A DNA stretch of 30,610 nucleotides from Octopus sinensis (lineage: Eukaryota). Position 1 is the stretch's first letter; each line of letters opens with the position of its first letter. The stretch lies in contig NW_021833127.1 in assembly GCF_006345805.1 (NCBI RefSeq), forward strand, positions 1 through 30,610, in the 5' to 3' direction. Of this stretch, positions 1-10,113 are shown piece by piece. Both the position numbers and the translations under genes were made by a program. The notes beneath the pieces were generated by a model. That model was not told the DNA's origin. It saw nothing but the letters and a program-made list of their open reading frames with translations, and searched no databases.

Positions 1-186
1 CTACCAACACCACCTCCATCACGAACACCACTACAACCACTAATACTACCACCACCACCACTACCACTACCACCACTACCACCACAACCACCACAACCAT
101 CACTCCTACCACTACCACCACCACCACCACCACCACCACCTCTACCACAACTACTACCACCGCAACCACCACCAACACCACTACCA
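1..186. repeat. (CAC/CTA)n imperfect trinucleotide microsatellite
   Basis: Directly visible ccacca/ctacca iterations. Confidence 0.95.
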
Positions 187-346
187 CTTGTCATCATAGC
201 ATGCGCTAGTAAAATACATTAAAAGGAACAGCATGAACATCACAACGTTACCTGTAAGTTTAGCGATACGCTGATGAGGAGGTTACCCACAATAGCCAGA
301 GTGCATCCAATGAGTAAATCCTGAAAAAACAAACAAAAAAAATACA

Positions 347-570
347 TTAACCCCCAAGTTAATCCTGATAAGCATAAAACTGTCATTTAATCCATTCATT
401 ATTATATTCTTTGTTTCGGTTAATTATGAAAATAATGAAAAATTTCGTCAATTATTAATCTGGTGTTGGAACATGAATTAATATGAAATTTTGATGGAAG
501 GTTAAAAATTTAGATTATTTTAACCCTTTTGTTACCATATTTATGCTAAAATCCATTGCCTTTGTTTCAT
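347..570 (+). mobile_element. Possible piggyBac-like MITE fragments (two partial copies)
   Basis: TTAA-CCC starts at 347 and 520; both segments contain ctttgtttc. TTAA+CCC is the piggyBac end signature. No matching right end found. Confidence 0.3.
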
Positions 571-856
571 ATAAAATTCTTTCCTGAAGACGGAAGCTGG
601 TAGTATCCAATGAGGAAATCAATTTACAATCATTACTTTGGACCACCAAGTCAACAGAAATAGCTGTTGGACTCGTTAAACTCTTATTCAACCCCTTTCA
701 TTCCTGGTATCATTTCTATTCTGTGTAAGTCAGACCTTTTTATTAGTATACATACGTACATTTTTCTGTACTAAATGTATTTAATATTTTTTGTATATCA
801 ACTTGCTTCTCTTTACATTTGCTCCTCTACCAGCTCAAGTGCTGGAGTTGCCATTG

Positions 857-869
857 ATATATATATATA

Positions 870-928
<59 letters not shown>
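857..928. repeat. (TA)n(TG)n compound microsatellite
   Basis: Directly visible. Confidence 0.95.
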
Positions 929-937
929 CTAACATCC

Positions 938-1162
938 TCATCATCATTTAACGTCTGCTTTCCATGCTAGCATGGGTTGGACGGTTCAACTGGGGTCTGG
1001 GAAGCCAGAAGGCTGCATCAGGCCCAGTCTGATCTGGCAGTGTTTCTACAGCTGGATGCCCTTCCTAACGCCAACCACTCCGTGAGTGTAGTAGGTGATT
1101 TTTACGTGCCAGACGAGGCTGGCAAACGGCCACGATTGGATGGTGCTTTTTACGTGCCACCG
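938..1162 (-). mobile_element. RTE-LINE 3' end / RTE-tailed short retroposon (family A)
   Basis: Minus strand ends ...ggcgttaggaagggcatccagc...aacccatgctagcatggaaagcagacgttaaa-(GAT)n. The same tail is joined to RTE ORF2 C-termini at 18716-19045 and 20911-21372. Confidence 0.85.
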
Positions 1163-1182
1163 ATATATATATATATATACCG

Positions 1183-1362
1183 GAGTAAACACATAAATGT
1201 GAAACAAGGTGGAAAAAGAGTACTCAAATACCAGTGGTAGAGTAATATGCTTTATTTAAAGCAGCAGCAAATTCAACAAAACCTGTTACTCTGAGTTTCC
1301 CGTTGCCGTTCATCGGACAGTTTTTGCTAGAATCTAGCAATTTTCTGCTGCTTTAAATAAAG
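1183..1362 (-). mobile_element. Hammerhead-bearing short repeat (family G), copy 1, with inverted partial duplication
   Basis: Shares GAAACTCwGAGTAACAG with 1881-1950 and 25055-25107. A 24-bp inverted repeat (1250-1273 / 1339-1362, 23/24 match) brackets the core. Confidence 0.6.
1278..1325 (-). ncRNA. Minimal type-I hammerhead ribozyme motif (variant or decayed core)
   Basis: Minus: aaaaactgt-CCGATGA-acggcaacgg-GAAA-ctcagag-TA-acaggtttt. Helix I ctgt/acag, helix II around GCAA, palindromic helix III ACTC-a-GAGT, GUA cleavage triplet. Core has U4C. Confidence 0.55.
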
Positions 1363-1393
<31 letters not shown>

Positions 1394-1704
1394 AATAGCA
1401 AAAATCTTATCTGTAATGGGTTAGGGTTAAGGCTGTTGAAAGAAAAGTGGTGTGTATGATCAATGAGTTGGAACAGACTAAGCCTAAAACAAAGGGCAAC
1501 AACAAAAGCCCTTACAAAGGGAGAAAAAATTAGGGCACAAGACAAACAAACTGTAAAACAAACAAAAAAAGCAACCTTGTTTTTATAATCTTGATATTCA
1601 AATATGGTCAGTGAAGTGAAGAAGAAAAAATTCTTTGAATAACATTTGACGGTTTTGACAAATAGTTCTCGAAAGATAAGAACCAAAACAACAAACGCAA
1701 TTGT

Positions 1705-1838
1705 AAGAAGAATGCTTCACAGCCACAAGGTTCTGGGTTCAGTCCCACTGTGTGACACCTTGAGAGAGTGTCTTCTGCTATGGCCTCGGGCCAACCAAAG
1801 CCTTGTGAGAGGATTTGGTAAATGGAAACTGAAAGAAG
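1705..1838 (+). mobile_element. tRNA-headed SINE family B, left half only, diverged
   Basis: ggttctgggttcagtcccactg...gccttgtgagaggatttggtaaatggaaactgaaagaag aligns with the full copy at 1976-2364. Confidence 0.8.
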
Positions 1839-1880
1839 ACTGTTTATCAGTCAGTTGTGATCATACTGGCATTATTGTAA

Positions 1881-1918
1881 CTGTCTGATAAATGGTCATG
1901 TGAAACTCTGAGTAACAG
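1881..1918 (+). ncRNA. Decayed hammerhead motif, family G copy 2
   Basis: ctgt-CTGATAA-atggtcatgt-GAAA-ctctgag-TA-acag. G8 is mutated to A and helix II shows CpG-type decay relative to copy 1. Confidence 0.5.
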
Positions 1919-1975
1919 CTTGCAAAAATTTTCTGTGGCTTTGATAAATACTATATATATACATATATATATATA

Positions 1976-2364
1976 GGTGCAGGAGTGGCTGTGTGGTAAG
2001 TAGCTTGTTTACCAACCACATGGTTCCGGGTTCAGTCCCACTGCGTGGCACCTTGGACAAGTGTCTTCTACTATAGCCTCGGGCCGATCAAAGCCTTGTG
2101 AGTGGATTTGGTAGATGGAAACTGAAAGAAGCCCGTCGTATATATGTATATATATATGCGTGTGTGTGTTTGTGTGTCTATGTTTGTTGACAACCGATGC
2201 TGGTGTGTTTATGTCCCCGTTACTTAGCGGTTCGGCAAAAGAGACCGATAGAATAAGTACTGGGCTTACAAAAGAATAAGTCTCGGGGTTGAGTTGCTCG
2301 ATTAAAGGTGGTGCTCCAGCATGGCCACAGTCAAATGACTGAAACAAGTAAAAGAGTAAAAGAG
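1976..2364 (+). mobile_element. tRNA-headed bipartite SINE family B, near full length
   Basis: Head ggtgcaggagtggctgtgtggtaag with B-box-like ggttcagtcc, core, central (TA)/(TG) tract, right unit ending (gtaaaaga)n; (TA)n on both flanks. Confidence 0.9.
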
Positions 2365-2402
2365 TATATATATATATAGGCACAGGCATGGCTGTGTGCG
2401 TC

Positions 2403-3019
2403 GGACCCATAGGGGACGATGCTACTGTTGTTTATAGCCCCAGGAAGACATCTCCAGCTGGCTAATGATACCCTGTCTGTGTCTGTTTAGTATTTGCAAA
2501 GAGAAATCATCATTCTCACCTGTAGCCTTACATGATACACACAGACCCAGGTTTCTGAATAGTAACCCGTCATCAGCATGTCTTCCTGGGGCTATGAACA
2601 ACAGTAGCATCCACCCTTAGTGGTTAACCACATTTAAGTGGCAAATATACTTCACGATGTGTTGCAGCTACTGTTTATACCTCACTCAGAGATTTATTAT
2701 TGCTTGTTTACACTTTTTTGAGATCAGAGACAGTTTGTCACGGGAAAAAAAGCATTTATTATTTTGCGTTTGGAATGAATTCTCATTGGTAACTGGTGAT
2801 TTATCACACACTGATGACAGGTTACTACTCAGAAACCCGGGTCTGTGTGTATCACGTTAGGCTAGAGATAGGAACGATGATTTCTCTTTGCAAATACTAA
2901 TCGGACACAGACAGTGTGTCATTAACCAGCCGGAGGAGATGTCTTCCTGGGGCTATAAACAACAATAGCATTGTCCCCTATGGATCTGCCACATTTGGGT
3001 GGAAAATATACTTCACGAT
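2403..3019. mobile_element. Foldback/MITE-like nested inverted-repeat element
   Basis: 2403-2576 pairs with 2811-2987; 2418-2450 also pairs with 2579-2611 (33 bp, 1 mismatch); 2579-2658 and 2940-3019 are direct repeats. Confidence 0.7.
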
Positions 3020-3316
3020 ATATATACACACACATATGAGTATATACATACATGTATGTACATATACATGTGTGTATGTATGTATGTATGTGTTTATGCA
3101 AATTTGAGTGTTTGAAGTGAGTTTTTGTCCTGGAGGCCATACTAAAGAAAATATGGCCACCCCTGGGGAGAGAGAGGGAAAAAGATTGTTGTTTAAAGGT
3201 CATTGCAATGGAATGACGAAGTGAAGAGAGGTGGTGGTGGAAGCTTTTATGTAGTCACATGACCTTCCTTGATGTAATGGTCAGAATCACTTTGCAGTAG
3301 AAGCCACTGACACTGC

Positions 3317-3779
3317 CGCCACCACCACCACCACCACCACCACCACCACCACCGCCACCGCCACCACCACCACCACCACCACCACCACCACCGCCGCCAC
3401 CACCACCACCACCCCGCCACCACCGCCGCCACCACCACCACCACACCGCCGCCACCACCGCCGCCACCACCACCACCACCACCACCACACCGCCACCACC
3501 GCCGCCACACCACCACCGCCACCACCACACCACCGCCACCACCGCCGCCACCACCACCACCACCACCGCCGCCACCACCGCCGCCGCCACCACCACCACC
3601 ACCACCACCACCGCCGCCACCACCGCCGCCACCGTCACCACCACCACTGCCACCACCACACTGCCACCACCACCGCACCACCACCACCACCGCCACCACC
3701 GCCACTGCCACCACCACCGCCGCCACTGCCACCACCACCACCGCCGCCACCGCCACCACCACCACCGCCACTGCCACCA
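3317..3779. repeat. (CCA/CCG)n trinucleotide microsatellite
   Basis: Directly visible; source of the poly-G/V/W ORFs. Confidence 0.95.
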
Positions 3780-3904
3780 GTAGTAGCTGGAGACAAAGAA
3801 ATTCTTTGTCCTTCAAGAGATAAAGCACCTAGTTATAATGCAGAACTGTTCTGAATATACTTTTCTACCGGAAATTTTGGGTAAGTGGGCAGGGAGAGGG
3901 ATTA

Positions 3905-4606
3905 GATGGGGTGGTCACAGCTGGAATGTCTCTGATCATAGGCCTACTGGATCAGGACTGACCTAGGGCTAAACAACAAGGAAGGGCACATTAGATAATG
4001 TAGTCGTAGATGCATAATGTCTGAATAAAAGATGGGGTGGTCACAACTGGAATATCTCTGATCATAGGCCTACTGGATCAGGACTGACCTGTGGCCACAC
4101 AACAACAAGGAAGGACACATTAGATAATGTAGTCCTAGATGCATAATGTCTGAATAAAAGATGGGGTGGTCACAACTGGAATGTCTCTGATCATAGGCCT
4201 ACTGGATCAGGACTGACCTGTGGCCACACAACAACAAGGAAGGGCACATTAGATAATGTAGTCCTAGATGCATAATGTCTGAATAAAAGATGGGGTGGTC
4301 ACAACTGGAATGTCTCTGATCATAGGCCTACTGGATCGAGACTGACCTAGTGTTAAACAATAACAAAGAAGATGTTAAATAATGTAGTCGTAGATACATA
4401 ATGTTTGAATGAAGGACAGGATGGTCACAGCTGGAATGTCTCTAATCATAGGTCTACAGGATCAGGACTGACCTAGTGTTAAACAACAACACTTGGCAGA
4501 GACACATTAGATAATATAGTCCTAGATACATTATATTTGAATTATATTTGAATAAATGACAGGAAGGTCACAGCTGGAATGCTTTTGATCATAGACCTAT
4601 TGAAGA
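3905..4606. repeat. Minisatellite, ~126-129 bp unit, about 5.4 copies
   Basis: Units start at 3905, 4031, 4160, 4289, 4415 and 4558 (gatggggtggtcacaactggaatgtctctgatcataggcctactggatcagg...). Confidence 0.95.
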
Positions 4607-4928
4607 TAATAAAAACCCACCCCCACCACCTTGCCACACAGCACCCTTTCATCTCCATTGTATTCTGGCAGGGGGAGCTCCACGCATAATGGCTTTTCAA
4701 CATTGAATTTAGATTCCTTTTTGTGTGTTCCACAACTCTAAATAAACATCATTGTATTCGTCCATGTGACGAGCATATGACGATGGTAAATACTTTGTTT
4801 GTTGTTGTTATTGTTACTGTTGTTGTTGTTGTTGTTAAGCAACAAGACGGGGTAAGGGTGATTAGGTGATGGTGTAGGGCTTAGGAGCGGGAGACCCCAG
4901 ACCTTGGAAAGAAGAAAAAAAACTTTGG

Positions 4929-5051
4929 TCATCTTGTAGTTGAGGGCTCTTCGTTGACGCCCGGCACCACTGGGAGGAGGTGGCCCTCGAAGTCACTGGA
5001 AATGGAGATCTCCAGGTCCAAATTCTTGAACGGCTGTTGCTGCTGTTGTTG
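4929..5051 (-). CDS. Candidate terminal coding exon (QQQQQQPFKNLDLEISISSDFEGHLLPVVPGVNEEPSTTR*)
   Basis: Unique sequence with a strong G/C bias at third codon positions in this frame and mixed CAA/CAG poly-Q. An in-frame TAA just upstream requires an acceptor at one of the CAG codons; no clear polypyrimidine tract. Confidence 0.3.
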   Translation of the reverse strand, partial: QQQQQQPFKNLDLEISISSDFEGHLLPVVPGVNEEPSTTR

Positions 5052-5081
5052 TTATGGTCGATAAGTCCCCAGAAAATATAC

Positions 5082-5360
5082 CAAGCACCATCACATGCAA
5101 CTTATTGACACCCCTACTCGCGGATTCTTGGCAATACCCTACCAGCACCTGCCACTATTCATCTCCCATCTATGCCCCGAGCCCAGTTCCTTGCGAGTAT
5201 ACCCTGGCACCTGCCATCACATGCCACTTATTAACACTTGCGCTTCACCCCTACTTGCAGTTTCTGGGCAATACCCTACCAGCATCTGCCACCAGTCATC
5301 TCCCATCTACGCCCTGAGCCCCGTTCCTTGCAAGTTTACCCCAGCACTTGCCGTCATCCC
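5082..5360. repeat. Two-copy tandem repeat, 126/137 bp units
   Basis: ccatcacatgc...gcaataccctaccagca...atctcccatcta... starts at 5088 and 5214; partial third unit at 5351. Confidence 0.85.
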
Positions 5361-5534
5361 TCTCCTGCACTTGTCTCTCTTTTCCTTGCTCTTCCACATG
5401 GATGAGTAACCATGTCCCTGCCCTTCAACAACAAACCAGTTCCTGCCCTCATTCTTCATCATTCTCTCTGCCTCCATCCTTTGCCCTCACCTCTGGCTAG
5501 GTAACCATGCATCACCTTCACAGTAGCACACATA

Positions 5535-5857
5535 TCATCATCATCATCATCATCACCGTTTAACGTCCGTTTTCCATGCTAGCATGGGTTGGACGGTTCG
5601 ACCGGGGATCTGGGAAGCCAGAAGGCTGCACCAGGCTCCAATCTGATCTGGCAACGTTTCTACAGCTGGATGCCCTTCCTAACGCCAAGCACTCCGCGAG
5701 TGTAGTGGGTGCTTTTTACGTGCCACCTGCACAGGTGCCAGGTGAGGCTGGTAACAGCCACGATCGGATTGGTGCATTTTATGTGCCACCGGCACGGAAG
5801 CCAGTCGAGGCGGCGCTGGCATCGGCCACGATTCGGATAGTGCTTTTTACGTGCCAC
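5535..5857 (-). mobile_element. RTE 3' end (family A)
   Basis: (CAT)n + gtttaacgtccgttttccatgctagcatgggttggacgg...; about 3 internal tttacgtgccacc units. Confidence 0.9.
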
Positions 5858-6107
5858 ATTTCTTCTTGTTAACTCTCCCTCTCTCTCTCTTTCTCTAGGT
5901 AACCGTGTCCTTCCTCTTCAGCAACACACCAATGAGTCTGCCCTCATTCTTCTTAACTCTCTCCCTCTCTTCCTCTTCCTCTCTCCCTCTCTTTGGCTGG
6001 GTAACTACGTACCTCCCCTGCAACAAGTTTCTGCCTTGCTGTCACACTCTAACTTTTCATCAGCTGACACAAGATCCTCTCCTCCAATGGCCCCCTCCCC
6101 TCCCTTT

Positions 6108-6507
6108 GATGATGGTCATGGTAGTGGTGGTGATAAGGATGGTGATGGTGATGATGATGAAAATAATGGCGATGATGATAATGATGATGATGATGATGAT
6201 GATGACAATGATGATGATGATGGTGGTGGTGGTGGTGGTGATGATGATGATGATGATGATGGTGATGATGATGTTGACAATGATGATGATGATGACAGTG
6301 ATGATGATGACGACAATGATGATGATGACGATAATGATGATGATGACGGTGGTGATGATGACAACAACGTTGATGATGATGATGATGATGATGATGATGA
6401 CGATGATGATGATGATGATGATGATGATGGTGATGATGGTGGTGGTGATGATGATGACGATGATGATGATGATGATGATGATGATGGTGGTGATGATGAT
6501 GATGATG
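6108..6507. repeat. (GAT/GGT/GAC)n microsatellite
   Basis: Directly visible; gives poly-D, poly-M and poly-S ORFs. Confidence 0.95.
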
Positions 6508-6884
6508 GAGCAGTTGCCTTGTGTTGTTCTAATATTTTCCCACTTGGCTCACAGCTGCGACTCACTTTCAGATCCTGTTGAATAGTTTGTTTTTTTTCTC
6601 GTGTGTGTCAGTGGTTAATAATGGAGAAATATTTATCTATTCAGCGAAAATTATCTATTAATCCTGCCCAAAAAAAAAAAAAAGAAAAATATCCCACAAT
6701 TATCTATTAATCCTGCCAAAAAGCTGAAATAGGATTATCTGGAAGGGAATAGCACAAGAAAAATTAATAAAAACAATAAGGTAATCGATCGGATTAGGAA
6801 TAAACATGACTCAGAATCCATTCAATTTGACATCAGCGAATATCATCCTTTGATTTCTAAATCTCTTCTGACCAGGGCCCTTGA

Positions 6885-7372
6885 TTTGGCCGTCTGGTGG
6901 AGATGTTTACCTGCAATATTGTGGTTTCAGGTTCAATCTTGTCTTATGGCACCCTTTTTTTTTTTTTGTTCCTTCTCGTGTCATGCCTGGCTCATAAGGG
7001 CCGGTTTCCCGGTTTCCATGGTGTATAGGTTCCGCACCTGGACGGGGGACGCCGGTCCGTCGCAGGTGAGCTGCAAGATGCAGGAGGAAAGAGTGAGAGA
7101 AAGTTGTGGCGAAAGAGTCAGCAGAAGTCCCGCCATTACCCTCTGCCGGAGCCGCGTGGAGCTTAGGTGTTTCGCTCATAAACACACACATCGCCCGGTC
7201 TGAGATTTGAACCTGCGATCCGTCGACGATGAGTCCGCTGCTCTAACCACTAGGCCATGTGCCTCCACTATGGCACCCTTTGAGCAAATGCTTTTTACTA
7301 TAGCCATGGGGGGTGTAGGTCACATACTGCCTTGAATGAACTTGAGAAACGGAAATTCTACAAAGCCCTTTG
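6885..7372 (+). mobile_element. Old family-B-like SINE split by a younger SINE insertion
   Basis: Removing 6955-7278 rejoins ggtttcaggttcaatc..tatggcaccc|tttgagcaaatgctttttactatagcc...gccttgaatgaacttgagaaacggaaatt, which aligns to the B head and core. Confidence 0.65.
6958..7268 (-). mobile_element. tRNA-headed SINE, family D head/core with family E tail, poly-A tailed
   Basis: Minus head gtggaggcacatggcctagtggttagagcagcgg...ggttcaaatc; poly-T at 6955-6967; TSD tatggcacccttt at 6945-6957 and 7269-7281. Confidence 0.9.
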
Positions 7373-7508
7373 TGTGTGTGGGTGTGTGTGGATGTGTGTG
7401 TGAAGTACTTATGTGTGTTGGTGTGTATGTATGTTTGTGTGTGTGTGCATCTGTGTATTTGCGGGTGTATGTATGTATGTGTTTGTGAATAGGTGCATGA
7501 GTGTGCAT

Positions 7509-7541
<33 letters not shown>
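7372..7541. repeat. (TG)n-rich microsatellite
   Basis: Directly visible. Confidence 0.9.
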
Positions 7542-7849
7542 ACGTGACTTGGGTGTCTTTTGATCTAATTTCTTTGTGATGCCCCCTCCCCACCACGACC
7601 ACCACCACCAAGTGGTACCCACTGTCACACTAGCAATTAGGTGGGGGTGGGGGGTGGGAGAGATGGCACTACAGGGGAAACATTACTACCTGCTCTGTCT
7701 AGTTAACAAGCACACAGGTGGTGGTGGTGGTGGTGGCGATGGTGGAGGTGGTGGTGGTGGTGATGTATGGTAAATAAGTAAGATGGTGGTTGTAGTGAAT
7801 AAAGACTAATGCTATAAGTGTGTATCAGTATTTGTGTCTGTATGTGAGT

Positions 7850-7857
7850 GTGTATAA

Positions 7858-7922
<65 letters not shown>

Positions 7923-8153
7923 GTATGTATAAATATATATATATATATATGTATGTATGTATGTATAAATATATATATATCTATATGTATGTATAAATAT
8001 ATATATATATATACACACACACACATATACACAAATGCTTATACACACATACACACACACATATATATATATATACACACACATACATACAGAAATAGAC
8101 ACACACATGTGCAGACACACACATATATATATAATATATATATATATATAATA

Positions 8154-8186
<33 letters not shown>

Positions 8187-8250
8187 AAATATATATATAT
8201 ATATATGTATGTATGTATGTATAAATATATATATCTATATGTATGTATAA

Positions 8251-8281
<31 letters not shown>

Positions 8282-8448
8282 TATACACAAATGCTTATAC
8301 ACACATACACACACACATATATATATATATATACACACACATACATACAGAAATAGACACACACATGTGCAGACACACACATATATATATAAATATATAT
8401 ATACACACATACACACACACATGCACATATACATATTTACACGCAGGC

Positions 8449-8479
<31 letters not shown>

Positions 8480-8485
8480 TACATA
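7850..8485. repeat. Compound (TA)/(TATG)/(CA) microsatellite containing a ~257-bp higher-order duplication
   Basis: Unique anchors recur: acaaatgctt at 8031 and 8287, agaaatagac at 8091 and 8349. Confidence 0.9.
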
Positions 8486-9144
8486 CACAAAACACACATC
8501 GTCTCATACCAACTCGGTCCATTTAAATATTAATCTCATTGTTAGCTCATAGTATTTAGACAGTCACGCACGCACACACACACACACACGCACACACACA
8601 TGCACACACACACACACACGCGCGCGCACACACACACACAAGCGCACGCACGCACACACAGACCCATTTCTACAAAGAGGCCTCTGTTTTCCTTACAAGG
8701 TCACACCACCTCATCATCCTACACACACACACAGGTACATACAAAGGCAGGGGAGACCCCCCCACCCCACCCCTACACATTCCAACCCCCACACTCACAC
8801 ACACACATACACTTACTTATGTCTTAAGTATGTTGCCTGTTCGACATATAGACATATATAAACACAGACGCAGACGCGGGGTCCCTCCTCCGCATGCCCC
8901 CCCCCCCCAAACACTCGGCTGTTAAATTCTTCTCTCAACATAGACATACCGGTCAGCCATTAAAATGTCCAGGACACACCACTGTCGGTTATTATCTTGT
9001 AAGTTGTCTTTCTACCATCAATCTTCTGGCGCTGCTGACAGCTAGGATTGAAACTAGAATGTCGTGGTTCAGAAGTGAATTTCTTAACTGGTTATACTGG
9101 TTATATATGTACAGAAGTGCATGTATATGTGTACACATATATGC

Positions 9145-9177
<33 letters not shown>

Positions 9178-9572
9178 CTAGCAGTATTGCCCGGCGTTGC
9201 TCGGGTTTGTTTCAACTCTTTAGAATTGGAATTTTTGAAAAGTAAAAATTCTGCATTATGTAGATTGTTATTCTCTTTAAGTGAACATTTTTTGGGTTGA
9301 AATACACCAAAAAATGGCGACACAGCAGTAAAAAAATTGTAAAAAAGTAGGGATTTTCATAGAAAAAAAGCACCATTTTGATGTAAAAAATTTTTTGTGT
9401 TAACATGGTCCGATTTGAATTTTTTCTTCTACGGAAGGAAGAACAAGCCTTCTTCTATCATACTCTCAATTTTGGTCAACTTGCGCCGCAGGGTCTCGGA
9501 GGAGATAGTGTTAGTTGAAGGCTACCAAACCTGCCACACACAGACAACTTCAGCTTTATATATATATATACA
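9178..9572 (-). mobile_element. Non-autonomous Helitron, near full length
   Basis: Minus 3' end cccgagcaacgccggg (GC hairpin)-caatactg-CTAG|T. 5' end tatataaagctgaag matches the TC-starting copy at 30355. Sits in (TA)n. Confidence 0.7.
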
Positions 9573-9592
9573 TACATATATATAAATGTATG

Positions 9593-9819
9593 TGGAACTG
9601 GAAACACTCCGTCGGTTACGACGACGAGGGTTCCGGTTGATCCGAATCAACGGAACAGCCTGCTCGTGAAATTAACGTGTAAGTGGCTGAGCACTCCACA
9701 GACACGTGTACTCTTAACGTAGTTCTCGGGGATATTCAGCGTGACACAGAGAGTGACAAGGCCGGCCCTTTGAAATACAGGTACAACAGAAACAGGAAGT
9801 AAGAGTGAGAGAAAGTTGT
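9593..9819 (-). mobile_element. SINE family D, 5'-truncated
   Basis: Near-identical to the reverse complement of 14600-14830; possible 7-bp TSD tgtatgt at 9587-9593 and 9817-9823. Confidence 0.9.
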
Positions 9820-9914
9820 ATGTATATATACAAGCAAAACGCACCCTGTCCAATGAATGGTGCTGAGTTGTCAAACATTTAAACCAAATTTTCTCAAAAC
9901 AACTTGTCTCTAAG

Positions 9915-10090
9915 GGACGGTTGGACAGGTGCTGCACCAAGGTCCACAGTCTCTTTTGGCATGGTTTCTACAGCTGGATGCCCTTCCGAATGCCAACCAC
10001 TTTACAGGGTGTGTTGGGTGCTCTTTTTGCCTTAACGGCACCGGTGCTTTTTACATGGCACCATCACCAGTGCTTTTTAAGTGGCACTGT
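9915..10090 (-). mobile_element. Diverged RTE 3' end (family A)
   Basis: ggtttctacagctggatgcccttccgaatgccaaccac matches the family A conserved block. Confidence 0.75.
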
Positions 10091-10113
10091 GGTTTCAGGA
10101 TATCCATTCTGTT

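Noticed and set aside
977-1240. Recurring LQLDALPNANH ORFs (also 5576, 9929, 11705, 12485, 18169, 20466)
   Set aside because: Antisense reading of the RTE 3' UTR; recurrence reflects repeat copies, not a gene family.
3247-3828. Long poly-G/V/W ORFs
   Set aside because: Translations of a (CCA/CCG)n microsatellite; open in several frames, with no splice or codon evidence.
3905-4606. CRISPR-like periodicity (also 18290-18620)
   Set aside because: Whole units repeat with no unique spacers; eukaryotic context and no cas genes.
5905-6585. Poly-Asp / poly-Met / poly-Ser ORFs resembling acidic biomineral proteins
   Set aside because: Pure (GAT)n microsatellite open in three frames; flanks are non-coding repeat.
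7703-8552. YI/HT/CV-repeat ORFs (also at 22.6-24.8 kb and 26.6-27.2 kb)
   Set aside because: Dinucleotide microsatellite translations.
8944-8998. Plus-strand 55-nt exon (TAG acceptor, GTAAGT donor, MSRTHHCRLLS)
   Set aside because: Splice-like signals occur on both strands here and nothing else supports a plus-strand gene; unresolved without RNA data.
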